A stretch of DNA of 64,000 bases from Kudoa neothunni (Eukaryota; Animalia; Cnidaria). This document shows positions 24,457-38,073 of this stretch, one piece after another. The DNA lies in contig OZ199838.1 of NCBI GenBank assembly GCA_964304625.1, positions 8,953,045-9,017,044 of the forward strand, given 5' to 3'. A program made the position numbers and the translations under genes. The notes below the pieces were generated by a model, which was not told the origin of the DNA, made no database searches, and worked only from the letters and a program-made list of their open reading frames with translations. Every line of letters starts with the position of its first letter. The stretch's first letter is position 1.

Positions 24457-27400
24457 ATGACCAATCAGGTACGTTGAGTGATTTTTCAGCAGACTGACCA
24501 GGTTTAGATAACAATAATAGCACATGGGGGAGCCGCTAAATACTCTGAAGAAGAGAAAAGTGTATGTGTGAAAGGTGTAGAAGAAGCCATTACTGCTGGA
24601 TACGCTGTTCTTAAAAATGTAATCTCATTTTAGTCATTTCAAATCTATTTCTTATAGGGAGGCTTGGCCATAGATGCTGTTAAAGAAACTGTAATTTCCC
24701 TTGAGAATAACCCACTTTTTAATGCTGGTTATGGGTCGTGTTTGAACGAAATGGGCAAGGTCGAAATGGATTCAATGATAATGAATGGTAGCACGTATGA
24801 ATATGGTAATTAATTTGTTATCTCTTTGATTCTAAATTTAATATGTTAGTTTATCAATTTTTAACAAATAACCTTTATTATATTATCTGGTATTAACAAG
24901 GTATCCAAGGCTTAAACAATAATTCTGAGGTCGCCGTAGATAATTTTTTACTTAATCCTTGTTGGGTTTCTAAGATAAACGAAAAGACTGAAAAATGTTT
25001 AAATAATCCAGATTCTAAAAAATATTGTTTGTTCTTAATACATCAAAGTCCATTCGGATAAAAAACATGCCCACCCAATCGTACATGCTATTCGGGATTA
25101 ATTTGGGTTATACTAATACTCATATCTATCCACTAATCTATGTCGACTAATAATAAGATTGTGTAATACATTCGAAATACTTTGACCGAATGGTGCAATT
25201 TTACATTGATTATTCCATAAACTATTCAATCATGTAATAATGGGAAGATCTACTAGCATATGTTTTCATCTGTTCGGTTTAAAGTCATCTTTTAATTCTA
25301 GAAGAACGAAAAGAAGTCTTTTGAAATGTTGTCCCTTAAATTATTGATTTATTTGCAATTCGAGAAAGTAGTTTAATTTATTCTACATTTAATATAACAA
25401 ATTATTTATAGAGATCGTTTATTTTACACTGCTTTAGTCATCTGATATCGTCTTTAATCAATTTATCGTTTTAAATTCACGAATTTTATTTGTAATTTAT
25501 CAAAGAAATTTTAGCGATTAGAGCGATGAATTTTTTTATTTTATTATGAAATATTACTTAATTAAAACCAAACTTAAAGAAAAAATTAGATAAATTTATT
25601 ATACATTTTTATTAAGTTTCTTACGAATTGTGAAATACAAATCAAATAATATATATAATTTATAATTAACAATGGGACTCATTTTATAAAATATTTTAAA
25701 AGTGCCTTCTACGACTAATATTTTTTATAAATTCTTATGCGAGGAATTTAATTCCATTTATGTTCTAGAGGATAAATTTTGGGGAGCTATGTTAAGATTA
25801 TTTTAACATTATATATAACCTTTCTTTTTTATCACTTTCATAAAATTATTATTAAGAAATTATTGACACGAATCGCAATAATCCAGGTGAGTGCAATTTT
25901 GGCTGTATTTATTTATTCATTCATGTTTGACCTTTAAGGGCGGTGGCGATTGGTCCAAAATAATTAAATACAGCAAATTATAAAAAACTTGATACATTAA
26001 GTATATTGAGACTTGTTGGGGATTAAAATGTGCAATACGCAAGCGTAGTTGTCATTTAGGATTAAAAACATCCGTGTTAATAACCAGTACCAAATTATTA
26101 ACGGACTTATTTATACAGTAGATGACGGGTCGTTCGTAATCCCATTGGGACGTCAAAAAAGTTACGAACCTCACGTGCAATACGCGTGTTTCGTAAATTT
26201 TGGAGGATGCGCGCGCTTCGTTGTTTCAAATCACACAGGGTGGATGGAGTTGATAATTAATAAAATTTATTTGTTGTAGAAATATTCCGTGTTTTTATAA
26301 TTATTTAATGTATTTCGTCTTCAATATCCTTAAGTATATTCGTATTTTTTCGAACCATGTTCGATAAGGTATTGCTTAAGTTTGTCAAAATAAAAGGGGG
26401 CAGTTTTAGAAGTTTATTTTGTTATATCTGAAATAATAAATATCCTCTTTGATTTCGGTTTCTGTGGCATCGCCTGGATACTCATTAATTTTATGATATT
26501 TTCATGTTAATCGGAAAAATTGGTATTTCCGATAGCCACGACGTTCGATATTATTTAATCATTGTTCATTTCAATTATCTTATTAAAAAACTTGTATTCT
26601 CAATTTTAGTCGTCGTTTTTATCTAAATTATCAGTAATAATAGAAATATTGTTTGCGATTAAATTTCGCCATAACAAAACAATTAAAAATAGTTGATTTA
26701 GTCATCGAATCCCAAGAATTTGCAATCAAAAAATTTTATTCAAAATATTAGGAGATAAAGGTTCCATCGAAGCTTTAGTGGAAGAAATGTGGAGTTTTAT
26801 CGTATATACTTTATAGTGGAATTTAAACGAGTATATTATCCTCTCATCTGTGTCGAAAAGCACTCGTAGTATTTTTGGGAAGAAAAATTAATTGAGTATT
26901 TGAATACTCCAATTTTACATGACAACTTGCTTTGTCTAAAAACAAAAAATCATTTCTTTATTGATTTTTAAGTGTGCCGTATTTTCTTAGACAAAACTGC
27001 GCTTAAATGCGAAAATTATATCCTTTTTATTTAAAACAAAACAATGTGGGTAGGGATGATGCATTAAAAAGTTTTGTAGTTCATGATTTTACCTCCGCTT
27101 TGACTGACTATCAAAATAACTGATTATTGTTTATTTTTCAGAAATAGATCCAACATCGTTTTGTATTTTTATCTTCAATCAATAGTTTATACAAACAAAT
27201 CTAGACGTTGTTTACGAGAAGAGTTACGAGCCACACGTCAGTCTATAAAATAAGGGAAACATACCAAAATTTATTTACTAGGCAGCTGATATTTTTCCAC
27301 TTAATGTGTTTACTCTAATGTGTATTTTGAGTTAAAATTTAATAATTCATTTTCTTTATAATTTCTAATTTTTACATATTTTTGAAAGTTACGAACCACC

Positions 27401-29868
27401 TATCATAGACTGTGTTACATTAACCTTGTAGGAAGTTAGTTGTTTGTTATTTCTGTGTTTATGAGTATGCGTTTAATAAGTATCGTTAATATTTCATTTT
27501 TTTAAATTTTTGTTCGATATATTTACAGATGATATTATTATTGTTTAATAGGATTGATTATATTTTTGAGTTTTTGTAGAGCAATGTTTCCCAACGTGGG
27601 ACGTGAACAATTTTTTGTGGAGTATAGAAATTTTTAAACGTTTAATGAATCGCTCTAGTGGGACGCGGAAAACCCTGAGTATTGGCGTATTGGTGTGGCA
27701 CGGATAATGATGATATAATTGGGCAGTATGACGTATTTTGAAATTACCATCACGATTTTCGATATCGATAATTTTGGAGTGGCGATTAACATCACAAAAA
27801 ATTTTGAGAAATATTCGGCACGGAACTTTTTTTTTCTGGAAAAAGTGGGACGGGATACAAAAAAGATTGAGAAACACTGATGTAGAGATATCCAAAAATG
27901 CTAATTTTATCGTATTCTCATAATTTATTTGATATTTACATTAATATCGTTATCTTTTCATACTTAAATTAACAATTTGTTATTTGAATTTAAATTTTCA
28001 TAATAATTTATTTTATAATTGTATATTTAGTCTATAATTTAATTTTCCGAAGCATTGTTTTTTAATTTATATGTATCTGGTTATTAAATAAACATTAAAT
28101 TTTCTTTTTAGATATTTAAAAGGTTTATTGAGTCTGGACTTAAGAGTGTTTTTCTTTTTCTCAATATTATTGTTTTGGAATACACATTGGATTCAATGGG
28201 ATTATTTTCAAATCTGAGTCAGTACATCTCATCTCTTAGTATAAATTTAAATAATGGCTACTTTTTTTATACAAGGCTCCAAGAATAATTGATATCAAGT
28301 TCGAGACTTGCTGATGTTTAGTGGCGTAGAGTTAGAATATCGTCATTTGTATGTTTGGATAATTTATACTTATTTTACTTATAATTTTCATTATATTCAA
28401 ATGAAAATACATTTGTTTAATAAAAATTTATTCCGACACGTAAATTTGAGATTTGAAGAGTTGAGTTAAATTTTTATATTCCGTAATCACATGGGGATAT
28501 TTTACTGACTGAACATCGACCTACCTAAAAAATTTCTATTTGATAAAATTAATGTATTTTAGAGTGTATCTTCATTATTGCAGCTATAAAAAATCACTTA
28601 ATGATGATATTTAAAATCTTGATTTTCTCCAAATTTGGTTAGATTTGCTGTAAAAAGCGTTCCATAAATTATATGTATGCAGATTATTAAAATGATTAGA
28701 AAATATTTTTAGGCAACTTAATTTGTTAAAATCTCAAATTTTGTTATTCCCGCATCTTTCAAGACTTGGGAAAGTAGATTAAGCATGTAAATCCAAGATT
28801 ATAAAACACTTAATTGAAGATTTTATTAAAAGGGATTATTTATTATATGATTAACATTACAAATTTCAAATAGAGTCAATATATTCCAGCCTTCTTTATT
28901 TTATTTTTTTGAATTTCCTGACTGTGATATTATTTGTTTTTAATTTCTATTTAACAAAACAAATTCTAACTACCAATTGATAATTTTTATTTTCAACCTT
29001 ATTTGATGTACCCTAGTTTTCAAAAGTTGCAGTAATATAAACATATTAATTTTTAATAAAGACAATTTTTGACCGAAACTAATTTCGTATTTTTCAGGAG
29101 CTGTCGTTAGTGTCGACTGTGTGAAAAATCCTGTAGAACTGGCATACAAGGTGATGAAAGAAACTCCACATTGTATCTTGGCTGGCGAGGGAGCAAGAAA
29201 ATTTGCTAAAACCACTGACATTCCAGTGTGTGAGAATTCCCATGATCTTGTTTCAAAATCGCAATTGGAAGTTTTCCACAAAACACCATCTTTCAAGGAA
29301 TGGATAAAGAGTGATATGGCAAGCGCTTCAGGTGTTCTTCGTAGCGATGGTGAACATGACACTGTCGGAGCTGTTGCATTGGATTCGTATGGAAATTTTG
29401 CTTGTGCTACGTCAACAGGTAAATATATTCATCCCAATAGTTATAGCAACCCTAGTATTGTAGGTGGCATCAATGGAAAAATGTTGGGAAGAATCGGAGA
29501 TTCTGCAATTATTGGATCTGGTGGATATGCCAATGAATTCGGTGCGGCGGCAGCCACAGGACACGGAGAATCTTTTCTCAAAGTTCTTGCTTGTTATTCG
29601 GTAGTCTTCTTGCTTTACGTTTAAATCTCTTATTTTATTTGAGCAGGCTGTTGAAAAAATCGAAAATGGCGAAAGTCCATGCGCTGCTGCATCCACCGTC
29701 CTAAAAAAAATAAGTCACGTTCTAAAGAGTAAAGGTGGCATTATTTCGGTCAACAAAGATGGAGATATTGGTTATGCGTACACTACCGAATTCATGCCGT
29801 GGGCAGCATATGATAAAAATGGCCATCTTCGGAACTCTCTGAAAGATAAAAATAACCTTGAGAATTAA
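24457..29868 (+). CDS. ASRGL1: Isoaspartyl peptidase/L-asparaginase (Ntn hydrolase), 6 exons
   Basis: Exons 24457-24468, 24508-24618, 24658-24805, 29098-29418, 29464-29600, 29647-29868. Motifs IAHGGA, LENNPLFNAGYGS, VEMDSMIM, HD/TVGAVALD (autocleavage Thr), ATSTGG, GRIGDS, TGHGE and MPWA. Confidence 0.95.
26116..27412. mobile_element. Tc1/pogo-type element in ASRGL1 intron 3
   Basis: TA|CAGTAGATGACGGGTCGTTCGTAA ... TTACGAACCACCTATCATAGACTG|TG. Both ends align with the MITE at 31360-31599. Confidence 0.8.
27582..27879. mobile_element. hAT MITE in ASRGL1 intron 3
   Basis: TTGTAGAG|CAATGTTTCCCAA ... TTGAGAAACACTG|ATGTAGAG (TSD 7/8). Shares TAGAAATTTTTAAACGTTT.ATGAATCGCT...CCTGAGTATTGG with 19382-20068. 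Confidence 0.85.
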
Positions 29869-30239
29869 CTAATACAAATCTAATCTCAATTCTAAATTTT
29901 TAATTTTTCATGTTTATTTCTATTTATCTCTGTGCCCAACACTCCCCACATTTGGAAATTGAAATTTTAAGAATCCAAATCGGAAAGGTCCAACTCTAGT
30001 ATGACATGTTATGGAATGATGAAAATAAGATCATCGCATCATACGCTGAGTTTCTGTTGTTAGAACATAAATTTCTTTTGTCATCTAAAAGAATACACTT
30101 CAGTTATTAATTAAAATTACGATTTCTATTAAGCCCGAGTAAAGTGTGGTTGTATACGGAGGAACGATGATATCATTCACTAAATGATTTCTATTTTAAG
30201 GAAATACATAATAGGGGCTTAATACCATGTATATAATTT

Positions 30240-30480
30240 AGGAAGTGACTATTGACACAGATCATAATTTCCAGGTAGGTGTAGTTTTCACTGTATTTAA
30301 TTGTTTTTGGTTCATCGCTACCGCTCCTAGGTGCCAAAAACAATTAAATTTAGCAGATTCTAAAAAATAAAATTTATAGATCAACTATAAATAGGAGTAG
30401 CCAGGATTAAGAATCGACGCTGTGCAAGCCGAGTCACCAGTTTGGATTAAAAACTTCCATGTCAATAGCCAGTGCCTATA
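30240..30480 (-). pseudogene. Exon relic with a weak CUB-domain-like pattern; paralogous copy at ~38080-38330
   Basis: SILNPGYSYL|..FNCFW/LAPRSG...YLEIMIC with frameshifts. The DNA aligns with 38083-38330 (GACTATT...CATAAT...CAGGTAGGT.TAGTTTT..TATTTAATT). Confidence 0.3.
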
Positions 30481-31359
30481 ATTTAAAGAATTCTTTAATT
30501 TCTAGGTACTAAATCGGTAAAATTATAGATAAACTGAGTGAGTGAATATAAAATAATCGAGCTGTTTTTCCAATTTTTCAGTATATATTGATAGACACAG
30601 AAGTAAAAAGTATTTAAAGCATAAATACAACACCAAAATATTAGATGAAGCTTTACGTCAGTTTTTTCAGTAATACAACATTTTTGTGGCCTTAAATTAA
30701 TTGAACAGAGCTCATAATATGTTTAAAATTATCCTTACAATTAAAAAGGCTATTGTGTAAGTAACATGAGGGAATATAGTAAACAAAGAATATTTCACTT
30801 TAGAAAAGTATACTATTAAGACTCCTTGTCTTTATGTAATTCCATGAGTCGAAACGCATACAGAGTACGTTTTTATTGATAGCGCCAATAGCTTCTAATT
30901 AGGTTTTCTATTCCTGGCGCGTTTGTTAATGCTCGTTAACTTATCTGCTGATTTAGGTTGGATTGTAATTATTAGGACAACCTATTAACGATAATTGGTG
31001 ATCACATTAAAGCGGTATGAAACCCAATAATGACTGGCGTGTTTTTTAACTCAACAAAGTGTCAGGTTTTATAATACTTATCGATTAACAAAGAGAAAAA
31101 AATAGCGTAATTAATTAAAAGATTGCATAGTTTAAGGTTTTAATCTTGTTGTGAAAGATAATGAAGATTTTCCACCTTTTTAGTTAAATTGTTTCATTAA
31201 ATTAAGCGCATAAGTAATCTGCTTCGCTATAAAATTTTTTATTTAACTTTTCGTAAGTAGATAACTGTTAGTTGTATTACTCAGTGAACAAGAAACATTT
31301 TGAGTTATAGATATCCAAAATTTTACTTAAAATAGGAGCTCCGAACCTAAATACATATG

Positions 31360-31599
31360 CAGTAGATGACGGGTGGTTCGTAATCCCATTGAGATCTCGA
31401 AAGAGTTATGAACCCCACACACCTCAGTCAACATAAATAAGATAAAATCACAAAAATTGAATAATTAGAAAGCTCCTATTTCTTCCAATTAATTTACTTA
31501 CTCTAATGTGTGTTTGAGCTAGCATTTAATAATTCAATCCCTTTATAACTTCTAATTTTTACATCTTTTCGAAAGTTACGAACCACCCGTCATCGACTG
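31360..31599. mobile_element. 240-bp Tc1/pogo-type MITE
   Basis: 24-bp TIRs CAGTAGATGACGGGTGGTTCGTAA / rc CAGTCGATGACGGGTGGTTCGTAA (23/24), flanked by TG/TA in a palindromic ATACATA..TATGTAT site. Confidence 0.92.
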
Positions 31600-32579
31600 T
31601 ATATGTATCCGTCTTTTGTAGAAATTTTAAAATTTAAACGGATAGCTTTTTATAAAGAACAATGATGACTGATACACCCATGGATAAAATCTCGTATCAT
31701 CGCGATCACATTCATTTCTCATCCAATCTACCCATACCTCGTCTGATGGTGGCTGAAATCGATATTACAACTGCTTCAACAAGGGAAGACTTTAACAAGG
31801 CTCAAAAATCACAAGAAAAAATTGTCAAAACAAACCAACTTCACCCAGTAAAGGATTACAATATCTCAAAAATATTATGGGGTAGGAGTTCACAACTAGC
31901 ATCAATTAAACTTGAAACAACAAATACTCAGCCTACCGACACCTCTTTAGGAAAGTCAAAAGTAGTAGCTACGTCAAATAAAGGCATACAGAATAGAAAA
32001 ACGACTATAGCGTCTCACAAAAGAATGATGGCCAATGAAAATAATCATTTTAAAGACAACCAGGATAACTTTTCCGATGAATATCAAAGCGGGAAAACCA
32101 GTATCAACCGGTATGCATCTTCTATAAACGGTTTCCATATTAACAATATTGCAATCTAACTCATGCTAAACAACTTTAACAACTCGATGAAAGATATACC
32201 TTCCAAACAAAAGAAATTCTCACTAACGATAAAGGACCGAAATATTCAAATAAAGAAAGTTCCAATAAAAGGAATCTACTCATAATAAGAATTTCCCCAC
32301 CAAAACTTAACAGTCTGTACTACAAAATAAAGAAGAGATTGGTAGTACTAATAAATTTCATCAATCAGACTATATTTTATTCACACGTGAGGTTAATTTA
32401 AATAAATCTCAACAAGAGGAAAAATGGAAGGAAGAAGAACAGATAATAACTCTTTTCACAAACAGATTACCAGAAACGCATTAAACGATGTCTTAGTTCG
32501 CCTCTTCGGTACATAACCTGTATCAATCTCTATTACTTTAAAATTTATCATTATACTTTGATCAATAAAATTATAATTC

Positions 32580-33130
32580 ATAGAGGTATGAATCTCCTTT
32601 AATGAGGTGTGTAGGTGATGATAGCCCAGAAGCTAATTGCGTTTGTGACTTTATCAAATCACCAAGAAACAATTAATGCTTTTGAGAATATCAGAGAAAT
32701 GTTTAGAAAAAACGATCGGTTTATTAATTTCAACTTTGGGGTGGTTAGATCAAACATCTCTGGGCATGGAGGTCGGAATAGTAAAATAGCCCTTATCAGT
32801 AATAATCAATGATGTCTTAATAATTATGTGTAATATATTTAGAATGTATTCCCCCAAGAAAATTACTATTGTGCTCTTTCATACCAACATGACCTAGGAT
32901 ATTTATGTATCTTGCTTCTCCATGTTAACCAAATCCAGTTGATAACGAAGTTAATTCCCTACAGAATATATCACACGTTAATAGCCCACCATGTGTGTTC
33001 ATATTTACAAATTCTATGATACTTGCCGTTTTAATTCTGTCTCTATATAGATTGTTTTAAGAGCGAGGGGATGTGATGGATATTCTTTTCCAGTTGACAC
33101 TCTTCACATGCACGGCATTAGACCTTATAT
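32580..33130 (+). mobile_element. Mutator-like (MULE) transposase relic
   Basis: LIAFVTLSNHQE..NAF and NVFPKKITIVLFH resemble the MULE VAF.LL..E...Y..F and VFP......C.FH motifs. Multiple stops. Confidence 0.45.
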
Positions 33131-35242
33131 TTACAAACACAATGAAAAATTTTTAAATTTAATCTTTTCAATATATATGCTTACATACCAAAGTCAAAAA
33201 ATATTAAATCAATAAATTTTACACCATAGTAACTTAAAAAATCACAGGGTAAAATGAAATCATCCCTAAAAATCCCGTCTCAGATCAAACTGGTCGCCCG
33301 TAAGCGTCAAATTCATGAGATACCCCCAATTCTGGGATTTAATGTACTAAAATGTCTTATTCTCTAGTGAATTCTAGCATTCATAAAAAACGTGCACTTT
33401 TACTAAATCATTGTTTTATTTGATTGCGCATTGAAAAAGTTTTCATTAATTTATATGCACAGATAAAATAAATACTTATGAACAAGTCTATTTCCGGTTC
33501 AGCATTTGTGACAAGGCTGACTTTGCTATGTATTACCGATAACTGATTTAATTGCATTTAGATTTTTCCGTATTGGATAGAATTTTGTTAATTATTTTAA
33601 TTCCTCGTTAAAATATTTTGGAATATTAAAATAATTTTTTTAAAGCAATATTGGCAAAAATATTTTGTACTTATAAAGAAATGTATTTAACTCAAATTTA
33701 TGGGCATTTTTTTAAAAAGTTTAAACCATCCTGAAACTCCAATATAGTATTATATTACAAAAAATTATTTAAAATATTAAAATGTGTAACATGGGTTATT
33801 AATCTGAATTTTTTATATAAGTATGTATAAATATAATAGTGGCCATATGTTTCGGTGTGTTCGCACAAATCTTCTTCTTGCACAGGGACTTTAATAAGAA
33901 TTTTATTTATTACAATATGAAGGGTAGTATAATTATTCATGCTGAATAATAAGGAAAATAAAAACCCAATGTAAGTGCATACGCGCGTGGTGTACATAGC
34001 TCCGAGGGGATTGCGTATTATCGATTACCTACTGTAATTTATATATATATATATATAAGCTAATTAAATTATCTTACTTTTAAAAAATCTTTTGTTTATA
34101 CTTAACATTTTTTTAAAACAGTGAATGTTTGGAGAGACCAATCCTCTTATTTTTAGCACGAGCAATCTCTTCACAAGAACAAATATTGACTTTTAACTTT
34201 TTCCAGAATTTGAAGACAATAGAATTAAGCATTAACGGTACAAATAAAATTTGGACAATATAGTTTTAAGTTATTGCATATTTTTAGGTTAAATAAATTG
34301 TGTCTATAATATCCAAGAATGTTTATTTACGATAATATCAAGAACACATTAAAAATATTGCAAAAGATAGATGATACAATTAAGAATAAAAATTAAAAGA
34401 AATTAAAAAGTGATATTGTTCATTTTATAGAATACATATGATAATTCCAGAAAATTTAAAAACTAATTTTCTTTTTCTCAAATTTATCTGTAGTTTAACG
34501 ATCTAATATTAGTAATAATTATTTCGTGATATTTAATAAAATAAAACCAACAATGAAAGAACAAACATATGAACAAATATCATATAGAGAATAGAATTGC
34601 ATCTATTTTGAAATATTAAAATTATAATCATATTATTTATTGCTTCTCTAAGAATAAAGTTTATGTACTGAAATTCACCACAGACCACATTTTACTAAAG
34701 CGTTTTTCTTTATGTTTTCTGTGGTTAAGTTACTCGCGAAATATACATAAAAAGAATTTATTCAATAAATTGAAAATCCATGATTAGCTGTTTATTTAAA
34801 TAATAATTATTAAAATTTTCACACCGTAATATCATTTTATTAGTGTTTTTTATCGAATACTTTTTCCATAATGTCATTATATCATTATAAAGTCACGCAA
34901 TACATTAGTTAGACTTAAGTGGAGGTTGAAAACCAAACGAATACAATTTTAAAGCATATACACTACTTTATATCGCAATATAATTACAAAAATTATAATT
35001 TATAGGTCATATTTGAATGTTTTTTTATAAATTTTAGGTCCTGACAAAGCCAGGTTTTTCGTAGGTATTCCTGTTACATATTTAATTACTTTTTCGTGTT
35101 ATTTAATTGATAAAATAATTGTTTAAAATTTTCTATACATTTTCCCAATTTTTTGTGTTTTATTATTTTATAATTAAAACGAGAGCCAAGATCTAAGATT
35201 ATTCTTGTTGTTAACAAAGTGACCGCGCAGTCATAGATTTAA

Positions 35243-36470
35243 ATGTGGTTCCTTAGGTGGAAGTATTCTCAAATTAGTTTCGCTGCTCTGAATAGAGTGT
35301 ATGGCATACCTAAATTTTGTAGAAGTATTGCGACTCCAATCGACCTTACAAATCATCCAAAAGAAAACTTCACCCCAAGGGTGGTAAAATTAAGATTTCT
35401 GATTGCTGTTGGCTTATTAGGTGTTTACGGCTACAGTAAATACCTATCGTTAAAAAAAATAGACGATCCAGATATACCTGTAAAATTTATATATCAGCTA
35501 GAGGAAGCACAAGTTAATTTTGGGATTTACCGCAAGGATCCAATCGTTTAATTTGATCATTTTTATTAGCGACTGATCCGGTTAGAAAACTACGATGAAG
35601 CAACCGAACAATTAAAATTAGTGCTTGAACTGAGACAAAAAATCGGCGAAGATTGCGCTTTTATCTATTACGTCAAAAAGTCTCTTGTAGCCACATCGAT
35701 AATGGTTTGGATAATTTTAGTTTGGATATTTTTTATTTATTACAACCTAGATGGGAAATCTATGTTACAGAAAGGGGCTTATTGATAGGGTAAATAAATG
35801 AAAAATAACATTTTATATTTTTCCTAGGCTATTGGATTCTATAAAGACGCTTACAATGGACAAAAACAAATTGATAGACCTGTATTATCTAAAATGTCGT
35901 TATTTTTTATTCTCAATTCTTAATTAGGATTCCAATGAAACCGTACATATATTGTTAAAATTAGCAAAATCTTTAAAAACAAATAAAAAGTTTACCATTT
36001 TTGATAAGCGATTTTTTACAATTTAATAGATATAGAGAAGCTCAACAAGTTTATCATAATTGTTTGACTAACCTGAGTTCACATGCACTCGAACATGAAG
36101 ATGATAAGGCCCTTCTTTCTTATTCGATATTAAAATATGGAGAATTTCTAGCTTTTCTTGGAAGGCACGATGCCGCTCTAAATCAACTTAATAAAGTTTT
36201 ATCAATTATACAGGATTTGCCTTCTTTTTCTACTCATGAAGTAATTTTTTATTATAAAACAATTTATGACCGACTTGATTTTATTAGATTGTTTATGTTA
36301 GGAGCATTATTGCAAGTGTGTTAGTTGACGCTAGAAGAATAGATGAAGCTATATCTTTGATTGGCCAGCTATTGGATCAATGTCAAAGTGAAAATTTTGA
36401 AAGAATCTATATCGATACTCTTTTGTATAACATGGCATATGTTGAATGTTTGAAAGAAAAAATTACATAA
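35243..36470 (+). CDS. TTC19: Mitochondrial TPR protein, TTC19-like, ~7 exons
   Basis: Arg-rich presequence-like N-terminus and TM (FLIAVGLLGVYGY), then TPR-like helices (ENYDEATEQLKLVLEL, MGNLCYRKGLIDRAIGFYK, YGEFLAFLGRHDAALNQL). Six short GT-AG introns; last exon 36288-36470 ends in TAA. Confidence 0.65.
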
Positions 36471-36553
36471 CTTGTGTATTTAAACTGGTCCTTTAATATA
36501 GTTTGGAATTTTTCAGCAACTTATCAGAAACTGGCTTTTCGCGCCTTATTTAA

Positions 36554-38073
36554 CCCTCCGAACCTCTTGGGGTCGTAATTCAATCAATGATTTTCTCCCT
36601 CATAACTTACTTTCATTTGCTAAATATCCTATCTATTCTTTTATATTGATCGATTATTTTGGAAGACTATTAATTTTTCTTGAACAATTAAGGGATGGTT
36701 ATGTCTCAAATACCTGACCCCTTGAAGTCGAAATAGACCCCAAAGATTTTTACATATAAATTTAGTAATAGTTTATTCTGTATTATTTTAGTTAATTTAA
36801 AAAAATAACGACATAATTTAACCAATTTGCGTGTGCGAACATTGACCAACTCTTGTGGCAATTTTGAGGCTTAGATTGCGACTTCTCGCTAAAATAATAA
36901 CGCGGAAAGCTTTTCCATCGTAGGTAAATTAAAGACTTAATCTAAATACAATAATTACCGTCTGTTTCTAATAATTCTGACATTATATCAACAGACCTCT
37001 TACTGGAAAAAATAATAACATATGGAGCAGATCCCTCCTAGAACAACAAACATATGAAAACAAAACATATTAAATCCACCTCCTTGTATAACAGTCTACG
37101 CTTATCAATAATAAAAACCGTTCCAGATAGTTTAACATATTCTTTACTTATCAACTGTTATTACAATTACCCATATGGCCTATAAATTTGGCCGTTATCA
37201 CTACGGTTCTTCTTGTGATGATGTCTATCTGAATGAGTTTTTTTCATACGTTAACATATTGATTTACATGCTATTTTTTATAAAAAATGTATAATCTTTG
37301 GAGATGTTTTGAATCCTTGATAGGGATCGTGAAAATTTTTTAGACCAGTTATGTTTTAAAATAATAAACACAAATCAAACACTCGCTTTACTTAGACGAT
37401 CTTGATGCGAGAGGAAAGGAGAAATATTTTGTGCCTTGTGAAATATATTTTACTGAAGTTTGTCTATGATATGATAGTAACACTATATATAGTAGAATCC
37501 ACTTATTAATTATTCGCTATTTTTATTTCAGCTTTCTATGGACATGTTAAATTAAAGTTTAGGAACATTAAAAAATTACTCGCCTAGAGGTAGATGATAT
37601 GTTTTAATATAATGATTAATTTCAAAGAATTTCAACTATAAAAAATTTGTTGTTATAAACGATTAAAACCCAAAGAGGGAGTTAATAAAAATATATAAAT
37701 GGATGAAAAATCCATATATCACTTATAAAGTGAGAAAATTAATTTTTATTAAAATTTCAATCACCATATATTAACTACGTTTTATATAATATTCTTTAAT
37801 TAGAATATTACATTCTCGAAACTTAACAACGACTTAAACTGCAAAGATTGAACCAAAATATGCATTCGGGAAAATAACCGAACAATTAGCTATACACTAT
37901 ATAATTTTGTATATTGTAACTTACTGGGAACATTAATTAATATTTAAAATGCCATGTAATTAATTAAAATACTATTGAAATTGAAATTTGTTGATTATAC
38001 AGGATTTTGTATTGAGATCTTTATCGACCCCAAAACTGCCAAGTATATAGTATATTTTGAGGCACTAGGAAGG
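36554..38073 (-). mobile_element. Decayed piggyBac-like element
   Basis: TTAA|CCCTCC... and ...GGAAGG|TTAA termini, subterminal GGGGTC/GACCCC motifs (36569, 36715-36742, 38026), and faint minus-strand G(G)VDL relic near 37080. Confidence 0.45.

Noticed and set aside
31662-32159. 165-aa ORF as a host gene
   Set aside because: Intronless, A/C-skewed and followed by broken frames. Probably a retroelement relic, but no diagnostic motif was found.
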